This document shows, piece by piece, positions 24,749-37,353 of a DNA stretch of 64,000 nucleotides. The position numbers were made by a program, and so were the translations under genes. The first letter of the stretch is position 1. Every line of letters starts with the position of its first letter. The notes below the pieces were generated by a model. It saw only the letters and a list, made by a program, of their open reading frames with translations. It made no database searches and had not been told where the DNA came from. Location of the stretch: contig CAXWPL010000004.1 of the NCBI GenBank assembly GCA_963666215.2, positions 736,001-800,000 of the forward strand, in the 5' to 3' direction. The DNA is from Acidobacteriota bacterium (GTDB taxonomy: Bacteria > Acidobacteriota > UBA890 > WLXD01).

Positions 24749-24987
24749 CCGGTGAATATCGAGTTGAAAACCCGCGATCCCTTTGTGGGATTCTCGGCGT
24801 TCACGAGCGTTCAGCAAAAACCTTATACGTAGCGAGTCTCTTATTAACAACGAAATCAACAAGTCGCATAAGAGTCTAACGTAGCCAAAACGCGATTTTG
24901 ACGGCAAACGACGAGTTTTGATAGGTTTCAACAGTCCTACTACGGAACCTATTCAATAACTCATTGATTGAAGAGGAGTAGGTATAA
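24749..24987. other. Probable oriC unwinding region (dnaA-dnaN intergenic)
   Basis: AT-rich; TTATTAACA 24841; IHF-like AATCAACAAGTCG 24854; GTTTCAACA 24925 followed by GTC and trio-like CTACTAC...CTATTCAATAAC. Confidence 0.75.
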
Positions 24988-26094
24988 ATGAAGTTCTCCG
25001 TGAAAAAGGAGAACCTCGAGAGCGAACTGCAGTTTCTGCAAGGTATTGCCGAACGTAAGAAGACAATACCTATCCTCTCGCACATCCTCGTCGAGGCAGA
25101 AAACAGCCAGATCAAACTGTCGGGGACCGATCTCGAGGTCAGCTTGACTACCCGATGTTCCGCGAGCGTCGAAGACGCTGGCGGCGTGACCGTGAGCTCG
25201 AAGAAGTTGTTCGAGGTGGTTCGCTCTCTTCCCTCGGGAGACGTTGAAATGTCCTCCGCCTCGGGCGAGTGGTTGGAGGTTCGAAGTGGCGGCGCGTACT
25301 TTCGCCTCGTTTCGCTGCCGGTGAACGACTTTCCCGAAATCCCACAGTTCGACTTCGGATCGGCCACGGAAATCTCGCAGGAAATTTTCCGGGAAATGAT
25401 TCGCCGCACGCTGTTCGCGGTGACCAAAGAAGATGTGCGGTACTCGCTCAACGGCGCGCTACTCGAGATCGGCGACGGAGTGCTTCGCATGGTCGCTACC
25501 GACGCGCACCGGCTTGCACTGGTTGAGGTCAAAGATGCCGACGCGGGAACCAAGGAGAGCGTTCGCGCGATCATCCCCAAGAAGGCGCTATCGGAGCTCA
25601 GAAACCTTTCCGGCGACGAAGCGATGCTCTTCGGTCAGGACGAGCATCATTTGCACTTCAAGCTCGGCGATCGCGTTCTTTCGACCCGCGTCATCGAAGG
25701 GCAGTTCCCGGCGTACGAGAAGGTGCTTCCGAGCGACAATCCGAGTCGTGTAAAGGCGAGCGTCGAGCAGCTTGGAGGAGCGCTGAGGCGCGTGAGCCTG
25801 CTTGCCAGCGAGCGCTCGAGGGCCGTGAAGTTTACCTTCAACTCAGGGGTTCTTTCTGTGGCTTCCAGCAACCCAGAGCTCGGCGAAGCCCAGGAGTCCG
25901 TGCCGGTTGAGTATGAGGGAGACGAGCTCACGATCAGCTTCAACGCGCAGTACGTTTTGGATTTTCTAGGGGTCGTTACGGGCACCGATATCGAGCTTCA
26001 TCTGCGCGACGACACGAGCCAAGGAATGATGGTTCCGATCGAGGACGACGCCAGCGTCGACTACAGGTACGTCATCATGCCGATGCGTCTCTAG
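24988..26094 (+). CDS. dnaN: DNA polymerase III beta sliding clamp
   Basis: TIPILSHIL, GTDLE, VATDAHRLA, GQFPAYEKV, FNAQYVLD, YVIMPMRL. Confidence 0.98.
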   Translation: MKFSVKKENLESELQFLQGIAERKKTIPILSHILVEAENSQIKLSGTDLEVSLTTRCSASVEDAGGVTVSSKKLFEVVRSLPSGDVEMSSASGEWLEVRSGGAYFRLVSLPVNDFPEIPQFDFGSATEISQEIFREMIRRTLFAVTKEDVRYSLNGALLEIGDGVLRMVATDAHRLALVEVKDADAGTKESVRAIIPKKALSELRNLSGDEAMLFGQDEHHLHFKLGDRVLSTRVIEGQFPAYEKVLPSDNPSRVKASVEQLGGALRRVSLLASERSRAVKFTFNSGVLSVASSNPELGEAQESVPVEYEGDELTISFNAQYVLDFLGVVTGTDIELHLRDDTSQGMMVPIEDDASVDYRYVIMPMRL

Positions 26095-26316
26095 GACGTG
26101 TTTCTAAGTCACTTGTTATCAACAGTTTAGACGGACCTCTGACAACTCACATCGGCTAGTCAACCGCGTCTCCTAGGGGTATAATCACGAATCAGCGCGG
26201 GGACTCTCTGGGGCGGGCTTAAGGGTCTCGGCTGGGGCAGTGGTAATGGGGGCCTCATCTGGTTCCGTAGAGGCGGTAATAACCGACCGCCGGAAAGCCT
26301 CCTTACCCTCGGCTAG

Positions 26317-28905
<2,589 letters not shown>

Positions 28906-28907
28906 AT

Positions 28908-31340
28908 ATGGACGTCATCGAGCACAAGATTCCGGTATCGCTGGAGGAGGAGGTCAAGCGCTCCTACCTCGACTACGCGATGAGCGTCATTGTGGGGCGT
29001 GCGCTGCCCGATGTGCGCGATGGCCTCAAGCCGGTTCATCGCCGCGTGCTCTACGCGATGCAGCAGCTCGCCAGCGGTTGGAACCAGCCTTACAAGAAGA
29101 GCGCTCGCATCGTTGGCGACGTTATTGGTAAGTACCACCCGCACGGCGAGCAGGCGGTGTACGACACCATCGTGAGGTTGGCGCAGGACTTCTCGATGCG
29201 GCACCTCCTGGTTGACGGCCAGGGCAACTTCGGTTCGCTCGATGGCGATCCGCCAGCGGCAATGCGCTACACAGAAGCGCGCATGACGCGTCTTGCTGGC
29301 GAGCTTCTGGCAGACATCGACAAAGAAACCGTCGACTTCAGCCCGAACTACGACGAATCGCTCGAAGAGCCCCGCGTACTGCCGGCGAAGTTCCCGAACC
29401 TCTTGGTGAACGGCTCAGAGGGCATCGCCGTTGGCATGGCCACGAAGATCCCGCCGCACAACCTGGGCGAGATCATCGACGCCACGGTCGCGCTCATCAA
29501 CGATCCCGACATCGACGTCGCCGGCCTGATGGAACACGTGTCGGGGCCCGACTTTCCCACCGCCGGCATCATCTACGGCACCGCGGGCATCCGCTCGGCG
29601 TACGAAACCGGGCGCGGCATCATCCGGGTTCGTGCTCGGGCCGAGATCGAGCGCACCGAGCGTCGTGGAATCCGCGATCGCGTTGTCATTACCGAGGTTC
29701 CGTATCAGGCCAACAAAGCCCGCCTGATCGAGCAGATCGCGACCCTGGTGCGCGCCAAGAAGCTCGAGGGCGTCGCCGATATCCGCGACGAGTCGTCGCG
29801 CGAGGGCGTACGCGTGGTCATCGAGCTGCGCGCTGGCGAAGAGCCCGACGTCGTCCTCAACAATCTATACAAACAGACGGCAATGTCGGGCTCCTTCGGC
29901 ATCATCATGCTCGCCATCGAGGATGGCGCGCCGAAGGTGATGACGCTCAAGGAAATGCTCGTCGCCTTCGTCGGGCATCGCCGCGAGGTCATCACTCGCC
30001 GCGTTCTGTACGAGCTCAAGAAGGCCGAGGCGCGCGCCCACATCCTCGAGGGGCTCAAGATCGCCCTCGATCATCTCGACGAGATCATCACGCTCATCCG
30101 CAACTCGGCCAACGCCGAGGTCGCGCGCGAGCAGATGATGAAGCGCTTCGGTATGTCCCAGGTCCAGGCGCAGGCCGTTCTCGACATGCGGCTGCACCGC
30201 CTAACAGGCCTCGAGCGCCAGAAGATCGCCGACGACCTCAATGAAACGCGCGCCCTTATCGAAAACCTCGAGGACATCCTCGCGTCCGAGCGCCGCGTGC
30301 TCGACATCATCGTCGAGGAGCTTGGCGAGATTCGCGACGGCTTTGCCAACCCCCGGCGCACCGAGATTGTCCAGCACGCTCACGACTTCACCGTCGAAGA
30401 CCTGATCGCCGAAGAGGAAATGGTGGTCACCTGCAGCCATGCCGACTACGTCAAGCGCACGCCGCTGTCGCTGTACCGACAGCAACGGCGCGGCGGCAAG
30501 GGTCGCATTGGCGCGGTGACCAAAGAGGGCGACTTCGTCGAGCACATGTTCGTCGCTTCGACGCACGCCTACATCATGGTCTTCACCTCGAAGGGCATGG
30601 CGCACTGGCTCAAGGTCTACAACCTGCCGCAAACCGGCCCCGCGTCGCGCGGCAAAGCTATTGTCAACCTGCTACCGCGGCTCGACAAAGACGAGAAAGT
30701 GGCCGCGATCATGCCGGTGGACATGTTCGACGACGACCGCTTCATCGTCTTCGCCACCCGTCATGGGCTCGTCAAGAAAACGCCGCTCTCGGCGTTCTCC
30801 CACCCGAAGGTCACCGGCATTATCGCGATGAAGCTCCGCGATGACGACGAGCTGCTTGCCGCCAAGCTCACCGACGGCACCCAGGACGTCTTCCTCGGGA
30901 CCTACACCGGGAAATCGATCCGCTTCCCCGAGGCCCAGTGCCGACCGATGGGCCGCGACACCATGGGCGTCAAGGGCATCGCGCTCAGCGACGACAATCA
31001 CGTCGTCGGCATGGAGGTCCTGCGCGACGCCGGCACCATTCTCACGGTTACCGAGAACGGCTTCGGCAAGCGCACCGAGGTCACGGCCTACAGGGCGCAG
31101 GGCCGCGGCGGCATGGGCCTGATCGACATCAAAACATCCAAGCGCAACGGCAACGTCGTTGGCCAGAAACTCGTGGTCGACGACGACGACATCATGATCA
31201 TCACCATCGGCGGCAAGCTCATCCGATCGCCAGCCTCCGACATCAAGGTCCAGGGCCGCAACACGCAGGGCGTCACGGTGATCGACCTCGGTGGCAGCGA
31301 CCGCGTGGTCGCGATCGCGCGTCTGGCGGATCAGGGCTAA
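28908..31340 (+). CDS. gyrA: DNA gyrase subunit A
   Basis: [22 protein letters not shown], GyrA box QRRGGKG. Confidence 0.98.
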   Translation: MDVIEHKIPVSLEEEVKRSYLDYAMSVIVGRALPDVRDGLKPVHRRVLYAMQQLASGWNQPYKKSARIVGDVIGKYHPHGEQAVYDTIVRLAQDFSMRHLLVDGQGNFGSLDGDPPAAMRYTEARMTRLAGELLADIDKETVDFSPNYDESLEEPRVLPAKFPNLLVNGSEGIAVGMATKIPPHNLGEIIDATVALINDPDIDVAGLMEHVSGPDFPTAGIIYGTAGIRSAYETGRGIIRVRARAEIERTERRGIRDRVVITEVPYQANKARLIEQIATLVRAKKLEGVADIRDESSREGVRVVIELRAGEEPDVVLNNLYKQTAMSGSFGIIMLAIEDGAPKVMTLKEMLVAFVGHRREVITRRVLYELKKAEARAHILEGLKIALDHLDEIITLIRNSANAEVAREQMMKRFGMSQVQAQAVLDMRLHRLTGLERQKIADDLNETRALIENLEDILASERRVLDIIVEELGEIRDGFANPRRTEIVQHAHDFTVEDLIAEEEMVVTCSHADYVKRTPLSLYRQQRRGGKGRIGAVTKEGDFVEHMFVASTHAYIMVFTSKGMAHWLKVYNLPQTGPASRGKAIVNLLPRLDKDEKVAAIMPVDMFDDDRFIVFATRHGLVKKTPLSAFSHPKVTGIIAMKLRDDDELLAAKLTDGTQDVFLGTYTGKSIRFPEAQCRPMGRDTMGVKGIALSDDNHVVGMEVLRDAGTILTVTENGFGKRTEVTAYRAQGRGGMGLIDIKTSKRNGNVVGQKLVVDDDDIMIITIGGKLIRSPASDIKVQGRNTQGVTVIDLGGSDRVVAIARLADQG

Positions 31341-31444
31341 GCGCGCGCCCGCAAGGGCGGGTGGTTGTGAAGTATCGGGTGGTTAATGGCAGGGTGGAGA
31401 GGGGCGAGGGGCAGCGGGCCCCCAACCCACCCAGAAAACACAGG

Positions 31445-33916
31445 CTAGGAGGGCGGCGCGGAGAGACCCTCGAGCTTGGCGAAGCGCGCCAAGAGTTCCT
31501 TGATGCCGGCCCGCGGGAAATCGACGGTGAGCTTGAGCCGTTCACCGGATCCCTTGGTCTCGGTGATGCGCCCGGGGCCGAACTTGGGGTGGAATACCGG
31601 TTTGCCGGACGTCAGCTCGGCAGCTTCGAGCGCGATCCCCGTGCCGCGGGCGTTGGCCGGCACGGGTGCTGTGATTCGCGGTGGTCTGCGGCCACGTGCG
31701 GGGCGCCGCGGAGCGCTTGCGGCCGTGCGAGCCGAGGAGCTACGGAACCCGCCACGACCGCGTGTCGATCGTTCCGCGCTGCGAGCGGCGAACCCAGGTT
31801 CCTCGCGATATTCGACCAGCCGCGAATCGATTTCGCGCAGGAACCGGGAGGGCTCCTGGAGACGTTCAAGACCGTGAATTCGCCGCAGCCGCGCGGTTGA
31901 AAGAAACAGGCCTCTGCGAGCACGCGTCATGGCTACGTAGGCCAGGCGGCGCTCCTCTTCGACCTGCCCCTCCTGAACCGAGCGGCCGTTGGGGAACAGC
32001 CCCTCGTCGAGGCCGACCACCCAGACGGTATCGAACTCGAGGCCCTTTGCAGCATGGATCGTCATGAGAGACACGCCGCGGCGGGCGCCAGACTGCGATT
32101 CGGCATCGGAGATCAGCGCGGCACGGTCGAGGAAGCGGCCCAACAGCTTGGGGTCGGCCATGGTGGTGCCGCCGAGCTCCGCCGCCGACGAGACGACCTC
32201 GTCGAGGTGGGCCAATCGCTCGAGCGGGTTGTCGGCGCTGCGCAGCGACTCTCGCAGGCCGCTGGCGTCGGCCACCTGTTCCACCAGCTGAGACAGTGTT
32301 GTCTGGCCAAGGCCGCCGCCGAGCGTGACCACGATCTCGTGAAAGCGAACCAGGCCGGGCACCGCGGATGCAGGACAGCCAATCGCGCGTAGCGCGGCCT
32401 TGGCGTTCGCCCCAGGCTCGTCGGAGCCAGGGCCGTCGGCCGCGCGCAGGATTTCGTCGAGAGCTTCGAAAGCCCCGACCCCCGGCCGCCACCGCGCGAG
32501 CGCACCAATCGTCGCCGGCCCAACGCCCGGCATCTGGCCGGCTGCTCGCGCGAAGGCACCCTCGTCGGGCGTGACCAACAGCTTGAGCCAGGCAAGCAGA
32601 TCGCGGATCTCGGCACGCCTGTAAAAAGTGGGCCCACCCACCACACGAAACGGCACCCCGCGACCCGCCAGCTCTTCTTCGAGAGGTCGCGACTGGGCGT
32701 TCGTTCGGTAGAGCACGCCGAGGTCGTTCGCCGTTACCCCGGCGGCCATTCTCGAGGCGATCCCTTTGGCAACCCAGATCGACTCGCTGCGCCCGCTGGC
32801 GCATTGCAAGACCTGGGGGAGGGGACCCTCGACGTCGGTATGGAGCGCCTTGCCGAGGCGCTCTCTGTTGTGACCAACGAGAGAGTTGGCCGCAGCCAGA
32901 ATCGCACTCGTGGATCGGTAGTTGCGCTCCAGGCGGATCACCGTGGCACCGGGGAAATCGCTCTGGAAGTCGAGCACGTTGGCGATCTGGGCGCCGCGCC
33001 ACCGATAAATCGACTGGTCCTCGTCGCCGACGACCATCAGCGATCCACTGGCGGGCGAAGTCGAAGCCGACGGCGATGAGTCGCCTCCGGCGGCAGAATG
33101 TTCTGCTGGGCACCCGGGCGAGGGCATGGCGCTCAGAAGCGAAAGTTGCGGTTCGTCGTCCTGGTCGGGGCCCTCGCCGTGTGACGCGGCGGGGGCCGGC
33201 GCTGACCCCATGAGCTCGCGAAGCAGTCGGTACTGCAGGCGGTTGGTGTCCTGGTACTCGTCCACGAGCAGGTGCAGGAACCTGCCGCGCAGGAGCTTCC
33301 CGAGCGCGGGGTTCTCTTGCAGCGCGTGCAGTGGGCCGAAGAGCAACTCGTCGAAGTCAACGGCTCGCCGCCGCCGCAGCTCCGCGCGGTACGCAGGCCA
33401 GATGCGCCCCGCCAGTCGCTGCTCGAACTCGTAGCCGGCCACGTCCCAACCGGCCGGGTCTTCGAGCGCGTTCACACCACGACTACAGCGCTCGAGGAGG
33501 CGCCGCGGAGGCACCGTTTTCGGGTCGATTTCCAGCTCGTTCTGACAACCGCGCCAAACCGCAAGCGACTCCGAGCGGTCGTAGATAGCGAAGCCGGGAG
33601 GCGGCGCGCCCGGGCCGCCCGCGGCGTCGCGAAGGATGCGGAGTCCGAGCGCGTGGAACGTCAGCAACCAGAGGTCCGCCGGTTCTTCGCCGAGCAGCTC
33701 GAAAACCCGCTGCCGCATCTCCGCCGCCGATTTGTTGGTGAAGGTCAGAGCACAAATCGACGCCGGCACTGCACCCTGCTCGATAAGCCAGGCAATCCGG
33801 TGCGTGATAACCCGTGTCTTGCCGGAGCCAGCGCCAGCCAACACCAAGCAAGGGCCACCCGAGTGCGTGACCGCCGCGTGCTGTTCGGGGTTGAGAGCCT
33901 CGGATATCGATGACAT
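31445..33916 (-). CDS. UvrD/PcrA-family SF1 DNA helicase
   Basis: LAGAGSGKT, TFTNK, VDEYQDTN, VGDEDQSIYRWRGA, NYRS, TIHAAKGLEF, EERRLAYVAMTRA; C-terminal Tudor-like HPKFGPG. Confidence 0.95.
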   Translation of the reverse strand: MSSISEALNPEQHAAVTHSGGPCLVLAGAGSGKTRVITHRIAWLIEQGAVPASICALTFTNKSAAEMRQRVFELLGEEPADLWLLTFHALGLRILRDAAGGPGAPPPGFAIYDRSESLAVWRGCQNELEIDPKTVPPRRLLERCSRGVNALEDPAGWDVAGYEFEQRLAGRIWPAYRAELRRRRAVDFDELLFGPLHALQENPALGKLLRGRFLHLLVDEYQDTNRLQYRLLRELMGSAPAPAASHGEGPDQDDEPQLSLLSAMPSPGCPAEHSAAGGDSSPSASTSPASGSLMVVGDEDQSIYRWRGAQIANVLDFQSDFPGATVIRLERNYRSTSAILAAANSLVGHNRERLGKALHTDVEGPLPQVLQCASGRSESIWVAKGIASRMAAGVTANDLGVLYRTNAQSRPLEEELAGRGVPFRVVGGPTFYRRAEIRDLLAWLKLLVTPDEGAFARAAGQMPGVGPATIGALARWRPGVGAFEALDEILRAADGPGSDEPGANAKAALRAIGCPASAVPGLVRFHEIVVTLGGGLGQTTLSQLVEQVADASGLRESLRSADNPLERLAHLDEVVSSAAELGGTTMADPKLLGRFLDRAALISDAESQSGARRGVSLMTIHAAKGLEFDTVWVVGLDEGLFPNGRSVQEGQVEEERRLAYVAMTRARRGLFLSTARLRRIHGLERLQEPSRFLREIDSRLVEYREEPGFAARSAERSTRGRGGFRSSSARTAASAPRRPARGRRPPRITAPVPANARGTGIALEAAELTSGKPVFHPKFGPGRITETKGSGERLKLTVDFPRAGIKELLARFAKLEGLSAPPS

Positions 33917-34348
33917 CGCGGTTGTGAGTTCACCGTCGGGACAGGTCGTGAGTCGCCGTCGGGTTAGGTGGAGCGGTGGGTCGCGAGCCGCTGAGACTAC
34001 CGGCCGGTCACCGTCGCCGCTCGACACCCCGACCCGAGCGCGTTGGCCGGCGTCGCACAGCCGATAGGCGACGCGGCGTTCTGCAGACCGTCGACGAAGC
34101 GTCTGCGTCGCCGAAATCGCGAGAAGACCTTCGAACGAAGGCTATGGTCAGTCGCAACAGGAAAGCAGGATCGCCGGCACGCAAATAAATTGCGTTATAG
34201 TGGCCAAAACTGTGCCTGGATGGCCACCAGTGGGTGGTGTCCTAGTTTGAAATAGTTTGGTGCGCGCGAGCAGGTTCCGAAGCCTGCGCGGCAGGCGGAG
34301 AATCGGCTCTATAGAGGAGGCGAACCGTCGGCAGGCTGAACGACGTAC

Positions 34349-35290
34349 CTAGCCATCGTCGACCACCCCCGCTTCCTGCTGCACACGCTTCTGAGAGCGT
34401 TCCACAGCCCGCTTGGCCTTGCGTAGAACTAGGTTTATCCAGCTCTCAAAGTCCTCGTACTCCTCGACCGAGCGAAGCGCGGGCCACTGGAGAACCGCCT
34501 GACCGCTCTCAAGCGTGAACACGTCCTGGCTGTTGCCTTCGACCATTGGTGATCCTCCTCTACCCCCGGGGGCAGGATTCAACGGCGGCTTCAGCAGCAG
34601 TGCGGGCTTCTGTCCAGACACCAGTTCAGCGACCGGAATTCCCGTAGTGGTCCCTTCCACTTGCGCGTGGTCGCTGTCATAGAAACTGATGATCTTTCGT
34701 CCGCCTTCGGGGAACTGCAACACGCCGCCTTGTTCCCACTGTACGTAGTCTCCGACCGAGAAGTTGTGGCTGTCGGAGGAGTCTCCATCATCGTCCGACA
34801 GGCTATCAGACTCGGCCGGCCTGGCGAAAGCGAAGGTGGCCTTAAACTGCTTCAGGAAGTCCTTTGCGCCCTTATCAGTGAAACTCTTGTCGCTGCGCAA
34901 CCAGAAACGCACATTGACGTCCGAAGGCAGAGCGTCACTGTAGTTCTTGAGCATTTCTGCATGAATCGGGGGCTTCTCTGCTGCCTCGCGGATGAGCCGC
35001 GCCTTGTCCTCAGAGTCGGGACGCTCATCAATAATGATTCGCACCGCAAGGTCGGTCAGGCGCCCCTTCCGCTGATCTCCTCTTCCCTCATGATCCAACA
35101 GCCCGAACTTTTTCAGAGCGGCGAACGCGAGCCTTCCCCCACTGCTCTTGGGGGAGTAGTTCCAATGCCCGAGGATCGCCAAGACCGGCGCAGCATGCTG
35201 TTTCTCTTGACCGTACAGTGTTCGGGCCAGCTTAAGTGCTTCCTTTAGATCAATCGCAGGGTAGCTGGGGCTCCGTCCCTTCTTTGCCAT
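34349..35290 (-). CDS. Hypothetical cargo protein of element A (possible N-terminal winged helix)
   Basis: About 313-aa open frame with globular composition, inside the TIRs; fold is inferred only. Confidence 0.75.
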   Translation of the reverse strand: MAKKGRSPSYPAIDLKEALKLARTLYGQEKQHAAPVLAILGHWNYSPKSSGGRLAFAALKKFGLLDHEGRGDQRKGRLTDLAVRIIIDERPDSEDKARLIREAAEKPPIHAEMLKNYSDALPSDVNVRFWLRSDKSFTDKGAKDFLKQFKATFAFARPAESDSLSDDDGDSSDSHNFSVGDYVQWEQGGVLQFPEGGRKIISFYDSDHAQVEGTTTGIPVAELVSGQKPALLLKPPLNPAPGGRGGSPMVEGNSQDVFTLESGQAVLQWPALRSVEEYEDFESWINLVLRKAKRAVERSQKRVQQEAGVVDDG

Positions 35291-35411
35291 GATTTCCACA
35301 CTCCATTTGTCCGAACCAGATGAAGACTAGAATACGCGACAAAGAAGAAGACTTCAAGACTCGCAGTCTTGCTGTCTGGAGACAAAGCGACTAAAGTGTG
35401 TCCATCGTCAA

Positions 35412-35506
35412 TAAGAAAGCCGGAAGCGGTTGTCGCCGCTTCCGGCTCAAAGCCTTTTCCCACCGTCGCTAAACAGGAGGAACGATGCATTTCTACATCG
35501 GCTATT
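35412..35506 (-). ncRNA. Putative outward-facing small RNA of element A
   Basis: Extended -10 TGGTACGAT (35520-35512), 5' hairpin CGATGT-AGAAA-TGCATCG, TTCCTCCTGTT, 12-bp terminator stem 35418-35447 with T-tract on the minus strand; paralogue in element B. Confidence 0.5.
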
Positions 35507-35688
35507 GGCCCATCGTACCACGGGGGCCGCCACTACTCCGAGGCCCCGATAAGGGGCTGTTGAACGACCCTAGAAAGCGCCCGGCTCCGCTGCTGTACAG
35601 CTCGGCCGGGCTAGATCCCAACGCGGGCAGAGCCGCACAGGAACCCTCAAAGCCATTGTGGTCCAGCCCGACATCCGGAGCAAGACCG

Positions 35689-36295
35689 ATGGCGAACAAG
35701 CTCTCTCAAGACAAGAAGCGCACCGTGATCTCAGCACTCGTCGAAGGCAACAGCATCCGCAGTATCGAGCGTATGACGGGCGTGCACCGCGACACCATCT
35801 GCCGGCTGCTCGTCCGCGTGGGCGACGGGTGCGAAGCGATGATGCGCGAGCGCTTCACCGGGCTCGACCTGGAGGATGTGCAGGTCGACGAGATCTGGAC
35901 CACTCCCAATCCACTAGGAGATAACCTATCCGTCGCTTCGCTCCGATGGCGTGATCACGATCAACCGTAATCAGTGATCACGTTCCCGTAATGACCGATC
36001 ACGATCACCGAAATACTCAGTTGTGGCCGGAGATCCAGATCCGGAGGCGATCTCCACGTCCTACGTCGAACGACAAAACCTGACGATGAGGATGCACATG
36101 CGGCGGTTCACGCGGCTCACCAACGGCTTCTCCAAGAACCTGCGGAACCTGCGAGCCGCCGTGTCGCTGCACTTCGCCTGGTACAACTTCGTGCGCGTCC
36201 ACAACAGCCTACGAACGACGCCTGCGGTCGTGGCGGGAGTAGCGGACGACGTTTGGTCGATGGACGATCTTCTGGCTTGGGAAGCGTCCTACTGA
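35689..36295 (+). pseudogene. IS1-like DDE transposase, central part lost
   Basis: N-part MANKLSQDKK...QVDEIWT and C-part AGDPDPEAISTSYVERQNLTMR align with the intact copy at 37354-38196; roughly 100 codons are replaced by an IS21 end. Confidence 0.92.
35901..36019. mobile_element. Remnant terminal end of an IS21-family element
   Basis: Three about 20-bp repeats GATCACG(A/T)TC..CCG(T/A)AAT ending ...GAAATACTCA; reverse complement TGAGTATTTCGGTGATCGTGATC, the TG-start multi-repeat end typical of IS21. Confidence 0.75.
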
Positions 36296-36555
36296 TACGT
36301 GCCGCTTGCTTCTCTCACCGAGTGGAGCGTGACAGTCGTTTCATCGAAAGAGTAGTAGACGGTCAACGCCTTGATATCTGGCCACACTCCCGTGGCGATC
36401 GCCCAGATCTCATGATGCGTTTGGTGCCCCTGGGTAGGATCCAGGCAGAGAATCATATGCACCCCCGCCAGCACCTTGTCCAACCTGTTCGGGTTTGGCT
36501 CAAGGTCCCGAAACTCACGCAAGAATCGCGCTGTCTCGTGAATCCTATGCGCCAT
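36289..36555 (-). CDS. Putative toxin (RelE/ParE-like size and C-terminal pattern) coupled to a Panacea antitoxin
   Basis: 88 aa, overlaps the upstream gene by 11 nt; ETARFLREFRDL N-terminus and LTVYYSFDETTVTLHSV C-terminus. Confidence 0.55.
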   Translation of the reverse strand: MAHRIHETARFLREFRDLEPNPNRLDKVLAGVHMILCLDPTQGHQTHHEIWAIATGVWPDIKALTVYYSFDETTVTLHSVREASGTYQ

Positions 36556-37132
36556 CTGTCCCGGCAGCGGCGAGTTCTTGAGCTAGCTGCGCGCCGTAGG
36601 CCGTTTCTTCCTGCGTTAGGGGGCGCTTCGAGATGAAGACGGTTTCGTATGGAATAGTCTCGCCGTTCTCGACGATCTCCCACCCAACGTAACTATGCGA
36701 GAAGGCGCTGACCTCCGCCGCGTCCATGTCTTGGAAGTAATCGATGACATCGTTGACGATGGCGATCTGTTCCCCTGTGAAACCTGACAGGTCAGGGTCG
36801 CGCAGTGCCACAAGTCGATCCTGAACGAAGCCGTAACGCTCGCGGTGCTGAATGGCAGCTTCGCTCTGGTCGATGAGCCTCTTCCGAATCGGCAGCAATC
36901 GACGCGGTGCCGGCCCGCGATCAAGCCGTTGATACTCCTGCTCCGTAATCGCCGAACCGGTTTGTCCGAAGGCAATGAAGTCAGCGTAGAATAAGATCTT
37001 GTTGAGCTTGGTTGCGCCGAACTTCGGATCGTCTTCGGACCGCTCAGCAACGTACAGAATCAGCTCACGTAGCCGTTGGTCTCGTTCATCTGCGGTCAAA
37101 AGACACCCCCTCTCCGTCGTGTGCCCAGACAA
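36545..37132 (-). CDS. Panacea-domain (DUF4065/SocA-like) antitoxin
   Basis: LRELILY, TKLNKILFYADF, ITEQEYQRLDRGP, VSAFSH..W...GETIPYE; start uncertain. Confidence 0.85.
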   Translation of the reverse strand: MSGHTTERGCLLTADERDQRLRELILYVAERSEDDPKFGATKLNKILFYADFIAFGQTGSAITEQEYQRLDRGPAPRRLLPIRKRLIDQSEAAIQHRERYGFVQDRLVALRDPDLSGFTGEQIAIVNDVIDYFQDMDAAEVSAFSHSYVGWEIVENGETIPYETVFISKRPLTQEETAYGAQLAQELAAAGTDGA

Positions 37133-37353
37133 ATGTCTGTCTCACGCACCATCTTATGATCCCACGCGGAAGCCTGTCCTCATAGGACCGAAAATCCGTA
37201 GGGGGTCACGCGAGGTTCTTGCACCACCCCTGCAAAAAGCGAACCAAACTGCGCAGGAGTGACTTTCATAATGGGATACTATCCACCAGTGGGTAGTGTC
37301 CTAGTTTGAAGATCACCGCAACGTAGATTAGCACGATTATTGCCCTCTCTATC

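Larger units (their letters stand above)
34233..37283 (+). mobile_element. Cargo-carrying IS1-like element A (3051 bp), transposase disrupted
   Basis: Left TIR GGTGGTGTCCTAGTTTGA 34233-34250; degenerate right TIR 37266-37283 (reverse complement GATAGTATCCCATTATGA); flanked by CACCAGTG at 34225-34232 and 37284-37291. Confidence 0.85.

Noticed and set aside
35951-36014. Three short repeats resembling a mini-CRISPR or iterons
   Set aside because: No unique spacers and no cas or rep gene; better explained as an IS21-type end.
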